A DNA stretch of 64,000 nucleotides from an uncultured Myxococcales bacterium (GCA_964540815.1 CAZIOH010000020.1:13245-77244), one strand, 5' to 3'. Positions 10,180-19,489 are shown, counted from the first letter of the stretch. Numbers and translations: made by a program. The notes: generated from the sequence alone by a model not told the origin.

Positions 10180-11448
10180 TCAGGCGGCGGGGGCCGGGAA
10201 GCGCCGCCGCCCGAGCTCTCCGAGCCCGGCCGCGAGGAGGCACACCACGCCACCGAGCGCGACCGGCGCGCGCCCACCCGCGAGGTCGGCGATCTGCCCG
10301 ACGAGGGGCCCACCGACCAGCGCCGTGCCCCCGAGCAGCGCGGTCTGGAGCGCCAGCACGCGGCCGTGCATGTCACCCCGGGTGTCGACCTGCGCGATGG
10401 TCGTGGACGCAGTCATGTACACGATGCTCGCCGCGCCCACCAGGAACGCCGCGGGGATGGCCGCGTGCACCGACGGCATGACCGACAGGAGGAGCAGGGC
10501 ACAGCCGAGCGCCAGCGCCCCGACGACCACGTGACGGAGCGCCACCAGCCGCCGGTGCGCCACCACCAGCGTGCCGACCACCGCGCCCGAGCTCATCGTG
10601 GCGTAGAGCACGGCGAACGCGACCGCCGTGCCGTGGAGCGATCGGGTGACGAGCAGCGGCAGCGCCACGCGCAGGTTGAAGGTGAAGAGCCCGACGCAGA
10701 CGAACATCGCGAAGCTGATCCAGAGCCGCGGGATCGACGCGACGTAGGCGAGCCCCTCTCTCACCTCGCGACCGGTGCGCGCCTTGGGAGGCCGCCGGAT
10801 GAGCTGGCCCTCCCGCATCAGGATGAGACATGCGATCACCGCGAGGTACGTGGCCGCGTCGAGCGCGAAGCACCAGCCGAAGCCGGCCATCGTGACCAGC
10901 GCACCCGCCAGCGCGGGGCCCGACACCTGTGACAAGGCGACGATCATGCTGTAGAGCACGACCGCGTTCGGCAGGTCGGCCCGAGCCACCATCTCCGGGA
11001 CGAAGGAGCGCCGGAGCGGGTTGTCCACGGCCAGGAGCACGCCGCCCGCGAGGGCGAGCGCGTACAGCACGACCAGCGAAGGGTGGGGTCGGAACGCCAG
11101 GACGGCGAGCGCCGCGGACTGAGCCATCTCGAGGCCCTGCGTCACGAGCAGCGCCCGACGCTTGTCCGTTCGGTCGGCCACCGCGCCGGCCCACGCCGAG
11201 AGCACGACCAGCGGCCCGAACTGGCAGGCGGCGAGCGCTCCGACGGCGAGGCCGCTGTGTTCGAGCTGGAGCACGAACAGGATCAACGCGACATTGGTGA
11301 GCTGGTTGCCCGTGTTCGAGATCAGCTGGCCGATGAAGAACAGGCGAAAGTTGTAGGCGGCGAGCGACTGGAACGTCTTGCCGAGCGCGGCCCGCGCGCG
11401 ACCGCGAGGGGTTGGGCGGGCGGACGAGAGAGGGGGCGAGGTGGACAT
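10180..11448 (-). CDS. MFS transporter
   Basis: 12-TM, Gly-rich hydrophobic profile typical of MFS. Start chosen at ATG 11448 (MSTSPPLSS); upstream in-frame track sequence is low-complexity and contains the repeat element below. Confidence 0.75.
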   Translation of the reverse strand: MSTSPPLSSARPTPRGRARAALGKTFQSLAAYNFRLFFIGQLISNTGNQLTNVALILFVLQLEHSGLAVGALAACQFGPLVVLSAWAGAVADRTDKRRALLVTQGLEMAQSAALAVLAFRPHPSLVVLYALALAGGVLLAVDNPLRRSFVPEMVARADLPNAVVLYSMIVALSQVSGPALAGALVTMAGFGWCFALDAATYLAVIACLILMREGQLIRRPPKARTGREVREGLAYVASIPRLWISFAMFVCVGLFTFNLRVALPLLVTRSLHGTAVAFAVLYATMSSGAVVGTLVVAHRRLVALRHVVVGALALGCALLLLSVMPSVHAAIPAAFLVGAASIVYMTASTTIAQVDTRGDMHGRVLALQTALLGGTALVGGPLVGQIADLAGGRAPVALGGVVCLLAAGLGELGRRRFPAPAA

Positions 11449-11472
11449 GGAGCGCCGTGCATGCACTCGATG

Positions 11473-11516
11473 GTGCACCGCCGTGGAAATACATCTTATT
11501 CGGCCGACGATCCGAG
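11473..11516. repeat. Partial copy (one arm) of the palindromic intergenic repeat element also found at 30742-30912
   Basis: GTGCACCGCCGTGGAAATACATCTTATTCGGCCGACGATCCGAGC at 11473-11516 matches GTGCACCGCCGTCGGAATAGCATCATATTCGGCCGACGATCCGAGC at 30751-30796 at about 90% identity. It is preceded by TGCAC-tcga-tgGTGCAC, similar to the GGTGCACTAGTGCACC palindrome at the other site. Confidence 0.6.
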
Positions 11517-11624
11517 CGCTCGAGGGGCGCGATCGACTTCTCGAGCCCGGCGCGCGCTCGCGCCTGCGAGCGTGAAGTGTACAAGCCGCTTGCGCAAGTG
11601 GAATGCACACTTCAGACTCGGCCC

Positions 11625-12182
11625 ATGCCCGTCCAACCCGACCGCTCGGCGTTGCTGGTGATGGACGTGCAGCCTGGGGTCATCGAACGTGCGCCGGACC
11701 CCGCCGCCTACCTCGCGCGCGTCACCGAGGCGGCGCGCGCGGCCCGTGGCCACGCGGTCCCGGTGATCCACGTGGTGGTGGGTTTCCGCCCCGGGATGCC
11801 CGAGGTGAGCACGCGCAATCAGACCTTCAGCGCCGCCAGGCAGCAGCGACCGGCGTACCTCTGCGACCCGCGGCCCGCGATCACCCCGGAGGGCAGCGAT
11901 CTGGTCGTGACCAAGCGCCGCGTGAGCGCCTTCACGGGCAGCGATCTCGAGGTCGTCTTGCGCGCCGGGGAGATCGACCACCTCGTGCTGTGCGGCATCG
12001 CGACGAGCGGCGTCGTCCTCTCCACCCTGCGTGAGGCCGCCGACAGGGATTACCGGTGCACGGTGCTCGCCGACCTGTGCTCGGACACGGACGCCGAGGT
12101 CCACGCCGTGCTGACCGGCAAGGTGTTCCCACGGCAGGCGCGGGTGATGAACGCAGCGGATTGGACGGCGGCTCTCCGGTAG
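11625..12182 (+). CDS. Isochorismatase-family cysteine hydrolase
   Basis: ATG at 11625 (MPVQPDRSALLVMDVQ). Catalytic triad context: LVMDVQ (Asp), K at VVTKRR, Cys in LVLCGIATSGVV, all characteristic of the isochorismatase fold. Confidence 0.85.
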   Translation: MPVQPDRSALLVMDVQPGVIERAPDPAAYLARVTEAARAARGHAVPVIHVVVGFRPGMPEVSTRNQTFSAARQQRPAYLCDPRPAITPEGSDLVVTKRRVSAFTGSDLEVVLRAGEIDHLVLCGIATSGVVLSTLREAADRDYRCTVLADLCSDTDAEVHAVLTGKVFPRQARVMNAADWTAALR

Positions 12183-12376
12183 AGCACCTGTTGGTCAGGG
12201 CCCCTCGGTGCGTCGACCCGACGGCATCAGGGCCAGGTGGGCGGGTGGGAGCCGGCGCCCCCAAAAGCGAAGCGGTCGCCAGAGCTCCGCGCTTTCGCGG
12301 AGTCGTGGCGACCGCCCCACCGACCATTCCCCGCGCCCACCTTGCGGCGAGCGGGTGATGACCGAGGATCTGCTGG

Positions 12377-12922
12377 CTACTCGAGCTCGTTGGTCACGAT
12401 GGGGGACTTGCTCCCCGAGACGTCGCCGTTGCCGTCGACGGCGCCGAGGCGCTTGAAGTCGGCGAGGACGCCGTTGCAGTCGAGATCGCCGGTGACCTCG
12501 GCGGTGAAGGTGGAGGCGGCGCCGGTTCCGGTCGAGGTGTACTTCGGCTTGTAGAGGAAGGGATCGGGGAGCGAGAAGCTGAGGGCGACCCAGGTCGCGT
12601 TCTGCCACTCCGTGCCGCCGCCGGGGCACTTCCCGGTGGCCTGACACGCGCACTCGAGACCGGGCACGTTCGCGACGGTGGCGGGGAACTGCTTGGGCAG
12701 CGGGACGCCGTTGGCATCGACGTGGTCGGCCGAGAAGTAGGACACGGATCCGGCCCACATCTTGTTGAGGTGCCCGGCGGCCTCGGCCGTCTTCGCGCGC
12801 TTGATGTACTTGCTGAAGGCGGGGATGGCGACGGCGGCCAGGATGCCGATGATCGCCACGACGATCATCAACTCGACCAGGGTGAAGCCGGAACTGTGCT
12901 TGCGAGAGCGAGAGCGAGACAT
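12377..12922 (-). CDS. pilA: Type IV pilin (PilA-like; prepilin N-terminal cleavage/methylation domain)
   Basis: ATG at 12922 with [44 protein letters not shown] is the canonical class III signal (G|FTLVELM) with Glu5. C-terminal Cys pair. 181 aa. Confidence 0.85.
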   Translation of the reverse strand: MSRSRSRKHSSGFTLVELMIVVAIIGILAAVAIPAFSKYIKRAKTAEAAGHLNKMWAGSVSYFSADHVDANGVPLPKQFPATVANVPGLECACQATGKCPGGGTEWQNATWVALSFSLPDPFLYKPKYTSTGTGAASTFTAEVTGDLDCNGVLADFKRLGAVDGNGDVSGSKSPIVTNELE

Positions 12923-13022
12923 GAGAACCTCCAAGGGCAGGAACTTGCCATCTGCCGTCACCATCGACGGAGGATGTGCGACGGTGAGCCTTCCCGTCGT
13001 TCGGTTGCGATCGAACCCAGGC

Positions 13023-13039
13023 ATTGCACGGGCCGTGCC
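13023..13039 (-). promoter_or_regulatory. Candidate sigma-54 (-24/-12) promoter for the pilin gene
   Basis: The minus strand reads AGGCACGgcccgTGCAA. This matches the TGGCACG-N4-TTGCA consensus with exact GG/GC spacing and lies ~100 bp upstream of the pilin ATG (12922). Confidence 0.45.
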
Positions 13040-13209
13040 TGGCACCGCGGGCCGCAAGTCCGCGCGATTGGCGCAGGTCCCTGGTCAGGGCAGAGGAGGA
13101 GCTGCCCAAATGCGGCGGTCGCCTGTCAAATTTGGGCCGTCATTCCGGAAGCGACGCGGCCAGGCAAGCAATCTCGGGCTCGGCGCCGCGGCGCACCAGC
13201 GCGACGGTC

Positions 13210-13848
13210 TCACCCGCGCGCGGCGCGGCCTCCTCGACGCGGGCGGCCTGGCGGTGGTCCGGCAACGCCGCGCTTCGCGCGGGCCTTGCGGGGGACGACG
13301 GTCCGGGGGCGACCTGGTCGGGCCGGTGACGTTCGGGCGCGGGTCTTCAGGGCACCGGTACGACCGTGGTCGTGGTCGTGGTCGTGGTCGTGCCGGTGAT
13401 GGTGGTGGTGCTCATGCGGGTGCGGGTGGGACGCGCCGTCGTCCTCCGCGACCGGGACAATCTCGATGCCGCCGTGCTTGACGCCGCGCATTGCAAGGAT
13501 GCGGTCGGCGAGATCCTGGAGCTGGTCGGACCTGCCCCGCATGACGACGACCTCGAGGCACAGGTCGAGGGTCAGGTGGATGTGCAAGGATGCCCGAACG
13601 CCCTCACCGAGCTGGTGCTGAAGCTCCGTCAGCTTATCGCTGAGATCGCGGACGTGGTGGTCGTAGACGAGCGTCAGGGTGCAGACCGCCTGGACCCCTC
13701 TTGCGACCTTTGCCCGCCCGACCTCGCTGCGCGCGAGATCGCGCAGCAGCTCGGAGCGGGTGCAGCCCCGCTCGGCCACCAGCCCGTCGAGCTCCCGGAG
13801 CAGGGAATCCTCGATCGCGACGCCGAACCTGACCAGCGGATCCTTCAT
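13210..13848 (-). CDS. nikR: NikR-family nickel-responsive transcriptional regulator with a long His-rich and basic C-terminal tail
   Basis: ATG at 13848. MKDPLVRFGVAIEDSLLRELDGL is a ribbon-helix-helix DNA-binding domain. C-terminal ACT-like domain has the conserved HxxHxH nickel-binding context (HIHLTLD ... VKHGGIEIV). An ~85-aa tail follows: HPHPHEHHHHHRHDHDHDHDHG then an Arg/Pro-rich segment, with no stop until 13210. Confidence 0.8.
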   Translation of the reverse strand: MKDPLVRFGVAIEDSLLRELDGLVAERGCTRSELLRDLARSEVGRAKVARGVQAVCTLTLVYDHHVRDLSDKLTELQHQLGEGVRASLHIHLTLDLCLEVVVMRGRSDQLQDLADRILAMRGVKHGGIEIVPVAEDDGASHPHPHEHHHHHRHDHDHDHDHGRTGALKTRARTSPARPGRPRTVVPRKARAKRGVAGPPPGRPRRGGRAARG

Positions 13849-14049
13849 GGCCAGCGAAGCTACCTCAGAAGGACAACGACAACGACCATGACCCGACCCG
13901 CGCCAACAGGCGGGTACGATCCCGCCAAAATAGAGGACAGGCGGTGGAAGCGCAAGGTCGAGACGCGGCGCACCCGTCATCCCGCCGGTCCCCACCAAGA
14001 TGGGTGCGGGTATATCCACGAACGGTCCCAATCCGGGTAAGATCGGCGC

Positions 14050-14400
14050 GTGAAAAATCACAGCAAATCGGATTTCATCAGGGCGCAAGCTCCCGAACTG
14101 TCCGCCGCCGAGGTCGTGGAGAAGGCCAAGGCCGCGGGGATCGACCTGTCGGCCCAGCTGGTCTACGTCGTGCGCTCGGTCGCTCGACGAAAGGGTCCTC
14201 GACGCGGGGCTTCGGGCCGCCCCTCGGCTTCGTCGCGCCCCGGGCGCTCGTCCCTGGGCCCGGGCTCAACGGCCGACGGACGCCCCTCGCCTGCTCTGTC
14301 GCGGCAATTCTGCGCGCTCGTGACCGACATCGGCCTCCTGCACGCCGAGGAGTTGCTCGATGCCTTCCGAACGGAGGTGGCCTCCATCGACCTCGGTTGA
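14050..14400 (+). CDS. Hypothetical small protein (116 aa), GTG start, unusually AT-rich 5' end
   Basis: GTG at 14050 gives MKNHSKSDFIRAQAPELSAAEVVEKAKAAGIDL, a plausible helical N-terminus. The first 15 codons are AT-rich against a 70% GC background. Divergent from nikR. The C-terminal half is low-complexity, so this may be partly spurious. Confidence 0.35.
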   Translation: MKNHSKSDFIRAQAPELSAAEVVEKAKAAGIDLSAQLVYVVRSVARRKGPRRGASGRPSASSRPGRSSLGPGSTADGRPSPALSRQFCALVTDIGLLHAEELLDAFRTEVASIDLG

Positions 14401-14513
14401 CGGGACGACCGTCAGCCGAGCCGAGCCAGGCGGGGGGAGTCTCCGATGGTGCCCTCGCGCTGACCAGGCGCGCGCCCGATCGCGACGCGCGCCGCGGTCC
14501 CGCGGTCCGGGCG

Positions 14514-16163
14514 TCAGGGGTACTGCTTGTCCGCGAGCCCGTTGATGTACTTCTCGATGTTGGTGTAGCCCGTGTGGTCGAAGTCGCCGTTGGCGTCGGC
14601 GGGGCTGCTCGGATCGAGGCCGTACTTGGTCTCCCAGGCATCCGGCATCCCGTCCTGGTCGGTGTCGGTGGGGGCGGTCCCGCCGGCCAGCGTACCGTAC
14701 CCACTGTTGCCGAGACCGGTGGCGGTCTGGTCGGTCCACAGCGTGCCCGACTTTCCGAGCGAGTTCACGTCGGCGATCACCAGCGCATCGACCTGATCGC
14801 GGTGCAACGACGCGCCGGCGCTGGCCACCGCGGCGGCGAAGCTGGCCGCCGCGCTCGTGGTCGGCAGCAGCGCGGTCTCCGGCGAGCCCGCGGCGGTCGC
14901 GTGGGTCGTGCTGCCTGGATAGCCCGCGTCCGTGCCGTTCAGGGTCCCGTCGGAGTTGGTGTCCGCGAGGTTGCCATTGATGTAGACCGTCTGGCCGGCA
15001 TTCATCTGATAGAAGAAGTTGCCCGGCGAGTTGGTGGAGGGGCCAGCGATGAAGTAGTTGTGCACGATGTCGTGCCAGAAGACCCCGCTCGTGTCCCCGG
15101 CGGCGTAGGCGTACTGGTAGTTGTAGACGACGTTGTTGACGTATTGCGTGTTGGACTTGGCGAGCGGGCACCTGCCGTGGGCGTTGGCGAAGATGTTCCC
15201 GTACCAGGTGAAGAATCCACCGGTCTGCTCGGTGTGGGCACCGAACTGCTGTCCGGTGGGGTTGGCGTTGATGGAGTACTGAACCGTGATGTTGGTGGCT
15301 CCCACCGCGTCGATGTTGTTGTATTGCGCGAACTCGATCGAGACGTGGTCGAAGATGAGGTTGCTGGCGTTGAGCAGGTTGATGCCGCTCTTCTTGGCGT
15401 CCGAGTCGAGCAAACCCTGCCGGAAGCGGACATAGCGGACGATGACGTTGGACGCGGCGTTGAACGAGACCTCGCGTCCCATGAAGCCGATGCCGTCGCC
15501 GGGCGCGGTCTGGCCGGCGATGGTGAGGTTGCCCTTGGCGGCCACGGTCGTCTGCAGATTCACGTAACCGCCCACGTCGAACACGATGATGCGATTGCTC
15601 TGGCTGACGGCGTCGCGGAATGATCCCGCGCCACTGTCGTTCAGATTGGTGACGTGATAGACCGTGGTCCCGCGGCCGCCGGTGGCCTTCCGCCCGAAGC
15701 CGAGCGCCCCTGGAAACGCGACGGTCGCGCCAGAGGTGCCGGTGGATCCCGCGGCGCCCCCCGTGGCGGGTCGACCGGCCGCGCCGCCCGAGCCTGGGAC
15801 GCCGCCGCGCCCGCCCGCCCCGGTTCCTCCGGTCCCGACGGAGGCGCTGCCGCCGGCGCCCGAGCCGGAGCTCGACATGCCGCCCGAGCCGCCGCCGGTC
15901 CCCGCCGGGCTCATCCCACCCGTGCCACGGGTGCCGCCGGATGCCACGATGCCGCCGGAGCCCTCGCCGGCTGGGCCGGTCGCTCCGGTGCCGCCGCTGG
16001 CTTCGAATCCGCCGCCCGAAGACCCTCCGGACGCGCCTCCCGACGGGGCTCCCCCCGACGCGCCGCCCGAGGGCGCGCCGCCGCCACCGCTGGAGCAGGC
16101 GCCGCCGAGGCCCACCCCGACCGAGATCGCGATCCCGAGAAGACGCTGCCTGCCTGTGATCAT
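14514..16163 (-). CDS. Secreted lipoprotein pectate lyase (right-handed beta-helix, COG3866-like) with a long Gly/Ser linker
   Basis: ATG at 16163. MITGRQRLLGIAISVGVGLGGAC has a lipobox. ~140 aa of (G/S/A)-rich linker follows. The catalytic region RIIVFDVGGYVNL ... NLTIAGQTAPGDGIGF ... SNVIVRYVRFRQG is typical of pectate lyases. C-terminal DTDQDGMPDAWE is a Ca-binding motif of thrombospondin type 3. Confidence 0.8.
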   Translation of the reverse strand: MITGRQRLLGIAISVGVGLGGACSSGGGGAPSGGASGGAPSGGASGGSSGGGFEASGGTGATGPAGEGSGGIVASGGTRGTGGMSPAGTGGGSGGMSSSGSGAGGSASVGTGGTGAGGRGGVPGSGGAAGRPATGGAAGSTGTSGATVAFPGALGFGRKATGGRGTTVYHVTNLNDSGAGSFRDAVSQSNRIIVFDVGGYVNLQTTVAAKGNLTIAGQTAPGDGIGFMGREVSFNAASNVIVRYVRFRQGLLDSDAKKSGINLLNASNLIFDHVSIEFAQYNNIDAVGATNITVQYSINANPTGQQFGAHTEQTGGFFTWYGNIFANAHGRCPLAKSNTQYVNNVVYNYQYAYAAGDTSGVFWHDIVHNYFIAGPSTNSPGNFFYQMNAGQTVYINGNLADTNSDGTLNGTDAGYPGSTTHATAAGSPETALLPTTSAAASFAAAVASAGASLHRDQVDALVIADVNSLGKSGTLWTDQTATGLGNSGYGTLAGGTAPTDTDQDGMPDAWETKYGLDPSSPADANGDFDHTGYTNIEKYINGLADKQYP

Positions 16164-16450
16164 TTGGGGGCCTTATGGATGCCGTGGCACATCCGCGAGA
16201 CCAAGCATCATGGGGTGTGCCAACGGTGAATGCAATCGGCGCGCAGCCCGGGTAAGCGCCCGCACGGTTCCCGCGTTGCGGCGCCCAAGATCCCGACCTC
16301 TTCAACCGTCCGGACGTGACGAGGACGAGGACCGAAGTTCGCTTCCCTGGTCCGGAGAGGTCGCACAAACGTTGCCCTCCCCCACGCATGCCCCCTCTAC
16401 ATTCTGAGCGCTTCGAGGGCGTGCAGGCAAATGACAAAGGAGATGGGTCA

Positions 16451-19447
16451 ATGAGGACACGAACGCTGCTCAACTGGTTCACGTATGGCGTCGCGCTCTC
16501 GGCGGCGGCAAGCTCGCTCCAGGCCCACGCCGGGGCTCCCGGCGCCACGGCGGTCCGGATCGCCACGGGTCAGTCGATCACCCCGACCGCACCGCGCGGG
16601 GCGGTGCAACAGTTCCTCAACCCGGGGCTGCCGGCCTATCCGAGCTTCGTGGCCGGAGAAGCCGTGCGCGCGCGCCTCAGCCCCGACGGCACGACCCTGG
16701 CGATCCTCTGCGCGGGCCAGAACTCCCTCTACCAGCCCGACGGCACCGTCGACACGGTCAACTCGACCCAGTTCATCTTCCTTTACGACGTGGGTGGAGC
16801 CCATCGGGACACGCCGCTCCTGATCCAGGTCCTCCAGCAGACCAACGCCCACGTGGGCCTGATCTTCGCCCCCGACGGCGGCACCCTCTATGCGACGGGG
16901 GGCCGCGACGATTCCGTCTATGTCTATTCCAAGACCGGCGGGTCGACCGGCGGGTCCTGGTCGCTCGCGCGGACGCTGGCGCTCGGCCACGCCGGCAAGG
17001 GCGTCGGCCTCGGGGTCAGCCCCAACGCCAGCGGTCTCGGGATCTCCGCTGACGGCCGGACGCTGGTGGTCGCCAACAACTACAACGACTCGATCAGCGT
17101 GATGGACACGGCCAGCGGCGCGGTCCTCACCGAGCACGATCTGCGGCCCTACTCCCCGGCCAACGAGGCGGTGGACGGCGGCGTCGGCGGCACCTTCCCC
17201 TTCGGGGTGGTGGTGAAGGGCAACCACACCGTCTACGTGTCGTCGGATCGCAACCGCGAGATCGTGGTGGTCGACATCAGCTCCCCGACCGCGACCCGCC
17301 TGGTCAAGCGCATCCCGCTCGACGGCAACCCGCTCGGGATGACCCTCGACGCCTCCGGCTCGAGGCTGTTCGTGGCCGAGGACAACGCCGACGAGGTCGC
17401 GGTCATCGACACCGACTGCAATTCGGTGGTCGCCCAGATCGATGCGCGCGCTCCGCCCGGCCTGCTCTCGGGGACCGGGGATGACGACGACGACGGCCAC
17501 GCCGATCGCGACCGCGACCGGGGCCACCGCCACGGGCGCTACACCGGCGCCGCCACCTTCGCGGTCACGCTCGCGCCGGATGGCCGTACCCTCTATGCGG
17601 TGAACGCCGGTGCCAACTCGGTGGCCGTGATCCCGCTGCGCGGCGAGCATGCCTACCAGGTCAAGGGGTTGATCCCCACCGCCTACGAGCCGCACGACAT
17701 CACCTTCAGCGCCGACGGCAGGTCCATGTACATCATCAATGGCAAGAGCGTCACCGGGGTCAACCCGGGGCACCTGGCCAGCAACACGGCCGCCATCACC
17801 TCGTTCACCTACCCGGGAGGCAACGCCGCCGCGGCCGCCGCGGCCAGGGCCACGAACCAGTACCAGTTCCAGCTCGAGCGGGCGTCCCTGGTCAGCGCCC
17901 CGGTGCCCGAGCCCTGGGAGCTCGAGCACCTCACCGAGGCGGTGGCCGAGAACAACTTTTACCGCCGTGGCGACGCCAGCGAGGACGATCGCCGGGTGAT
18001 GAAGTTCCTGCACGAGCACATCCACCACGTCATCTACGTCGTCAAGGAGAACCGAACCTTCGACCAGATCCTGGGCGATCTCGGCAACGGCTCGAACGGC
18101 GACAGCCGGCTGACCCAGTTCGGCGAGAGCCTCACCCCCAACTTCCACCGTCTGGCCCGCCAGTTCGTCACCCTCGACAACTTCATGGATCCGGGTGACG
18201 GAAGCATGGACGGCTGGTCCTGGAGCCTTCAGGGCCGGGTCACCAACACCGAGACCATCACCCAGCAGATCAATTACGCCGCCGTCAACCGCGGGCTCTC
18301 CTACGAGTCCGAGGGCTCGAACCGCAACGTGCCGGTCAATCTCGGCACGGTCGCCGAGCGGGACCTCGCATCGGGCCCGCCCGGGACCACCAGCTACTCG
18401 GCCGGCTCCGCCGGCCTGCCCGGCGGGACCACCAATCTGCTCACCGGCACGGGCAACCACGCCTCCACCGACGCCCCGTTCGGGGTGCAGGATGGGTACA
18501 TCTTCGCCGCGGTGCTGAAGGCCGGGGGGACCGTGCGCAACTACGGATTCCTGGTCAACAACATCGGGAGCATCGGGACCATCGCGGCCCCGGTCAGCGA
18601 TCCGCATGGCGCGGGGATCGTGCAGGTCGCCCCGCTGGCCCCGTCGCTCGCGCCGGCGACCGACGTCTACTTCCGGGGTTACGACCAGAACTATCCGGAT
18701 CTCTGGCGCTACGCCGAGTGGAAGCGCGAGTTCGACCAGTTCGTGGCCGACGGCAACCTGCCCAACCTCTCGCTGGTTCGGTTCAGCCACGATCACATGG
18801 GCAGCTTCGGCACGGCGCTCGGCGGCGTGAACACCCCGGAGACGCAGCAGGCCGACGACGATCTGGCGGTCGGTCGTCTGGCGGAGGCCGTTGCGCAGAG
18901 CCCGTACGCTGGGGACACGCTGATCATCGTCACCGAGGACGACTGCCAGGACGGGCCCGACCACGTGGACTCGCACCGCGCGACCGCGTACTTCGTGGGC
19001 GCCTACGTGAAGCGAGGCGCTGTGGTCAGCACCCGGTACAGCCAGGTCAACGCCTTGCGCACCATCGAGGACATCCTCGGTACCCAGCACATCAACCTGA
19101 ACACCGCCCTCCAGCGGCCCATGTCCGACGTCTTCGACATCCGCTCACCGGTGGCGTGGAGCTACGCGAGCCTCGCCTCGACGGTGCTGACCACCACCAC
19201 GCTCGCCCAGGCTCCGGGTGGCCTCGGCGCCAAGCTCGCGCGCGGTCCCAAGGTCAAGCCGAAGCACGACGCCAGCTACTGGGCCCGCCACACGGCGGGC
19301 TTCGACTTCTCGGACGCCGACCGCGTGCCGCCCGCCGTCTTCAACCAGGTCGTGTGGAAGGGGCTGATGGGCACCAAGCGCTACCCGTCGCCACACCTCG
19401 ACCGGCGGTTGGCCACGAACACCGTCGGTCGCCCGACGGACGACTGA
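16451..19447 (+). CDS. Secreted fusion protein: N-terminal YVTN/YncE-type beta-propeller plus C-terminal phosphoesterase (phospholipase C / AcpA family)
   Basis: ATG at 16451 with AAGGAG RBS. MRTRTLLNWFTYGVALSAAASSLQAHA is a signal peptide. Propeller blades repeat (DGTTLAIL, DGGTLYATG, DGRTLVVAN, DGRTLYAVN, DGRSMYIIN). Phosphoesterase motifs IYVVKENRTFDQILGDL and TEDDCQDGPDHVDSHR are present. 998 aa. Confidence 0.85.
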   Translation: MRTRTLLNWFTYGVALSAAASSLQAHAGAPGATAVRIATGQSITPTAPRGAVQQFLNPGLPAYPSFVAGEAVRARLSPDGTTLAILCAGQNSLYQPDGTVDTVNSTQFIFLYDVGGAHRDTPLLIQVLQQTNAHVGLIFAPDGGTLYATGGRDDSVYVYSKTGGSTGGSWSLARTLALGHAGKGVGLGVSPNASGLGISADGRTLVVANNYNDSISVMDTASGAVLTEHDLRPYSPANEAVDGGVGGTFPFGVVVKGNHTVYVSSDRNREIVVVDISSPTATRLVKRIPLDGNPLGMTLDASGSRLFVAEDNADEVAVIDTDCNSVVAQIDARAPPGLLSGTGDDDDDGHADRDRDRGHRHGRYTGAATFAVTLAPDGRTLYAVNAGANSVAVIPLRGEHAYQVKGLIPTAYEPHDITFSADGRSMYIINGKSVTGVNPGHLASNTAAITSFTYPGGNAAAAAAARATNQYQFQLERASLVSAPVPEPWELEHLTEAVAENNFYRRGDASEDDRRVMKFLHEHIHHVIYVVKENRTFDQILGDLGNGSNGDSRLTQFGESLTPNFHRLARQFVTLDNFMDPGDGSMDGWSWSLQGRVTNTETITQQINYAAVNRGLSYESEGSNRNVPVNLGTVAERDLASGPPGTTSYSAGSAGLPGGTTNLLTGTGNHASTDAPFGVQDGYIFAAVLKAGGTVRNYGFLVNNIGSIGTIAAPVSDPHGAGIVQVAPLAPSLAPATDVYFRGYDQNYPDLWRYAEWKREFDQFVADGNLPNLSLVRFSHDHMGSFGTALGGVNTPETQQADDDLAVGRLAEAVAQSPYAGDTLIIVTEDDCQDGPDHVDSHRATAYFVGAYVKRGAVVSTRYSQVNALRTIEDILGTQHINLNTALQRPMSDVFDIRSPVAWSYASLASTVLTTTTLAQAPGGLGAKLARGPKVKPKHDASYWARHTAGFDFSDADRVPPAVFNQVVWKGLMGTKRYPSPHLDRRLATNTVGRPTDD

Positions 19448-19463
19448 TCTCTCCCTTCCTGTC

Positions 19464-19489
19464 TCCTCCCCCCGCGAAGCGGGGGGAGG
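19464..19489. terminator. GC hairpin in a convergent intergenic region (candidate bidirectional terminator)
   Basis: CCTCCCCCCGC-GAAG-GCGGGGGGAGG is a perfect 11-bp stem. It sits between the phosphoesterase stop (19447) and the porin stop (19527). There is no U-tract, as is common at this GC content. Confidence 0.45.

Noticed and set aside
14266-16566. 766-aa minus ORF overlapping the pectate lyase
   Set aside because: It is an alternate frame of the pectate lyase gene and is Arg/Gly-rich. The 14514..16163 frame carries the lipobox and beta-helix motifs.
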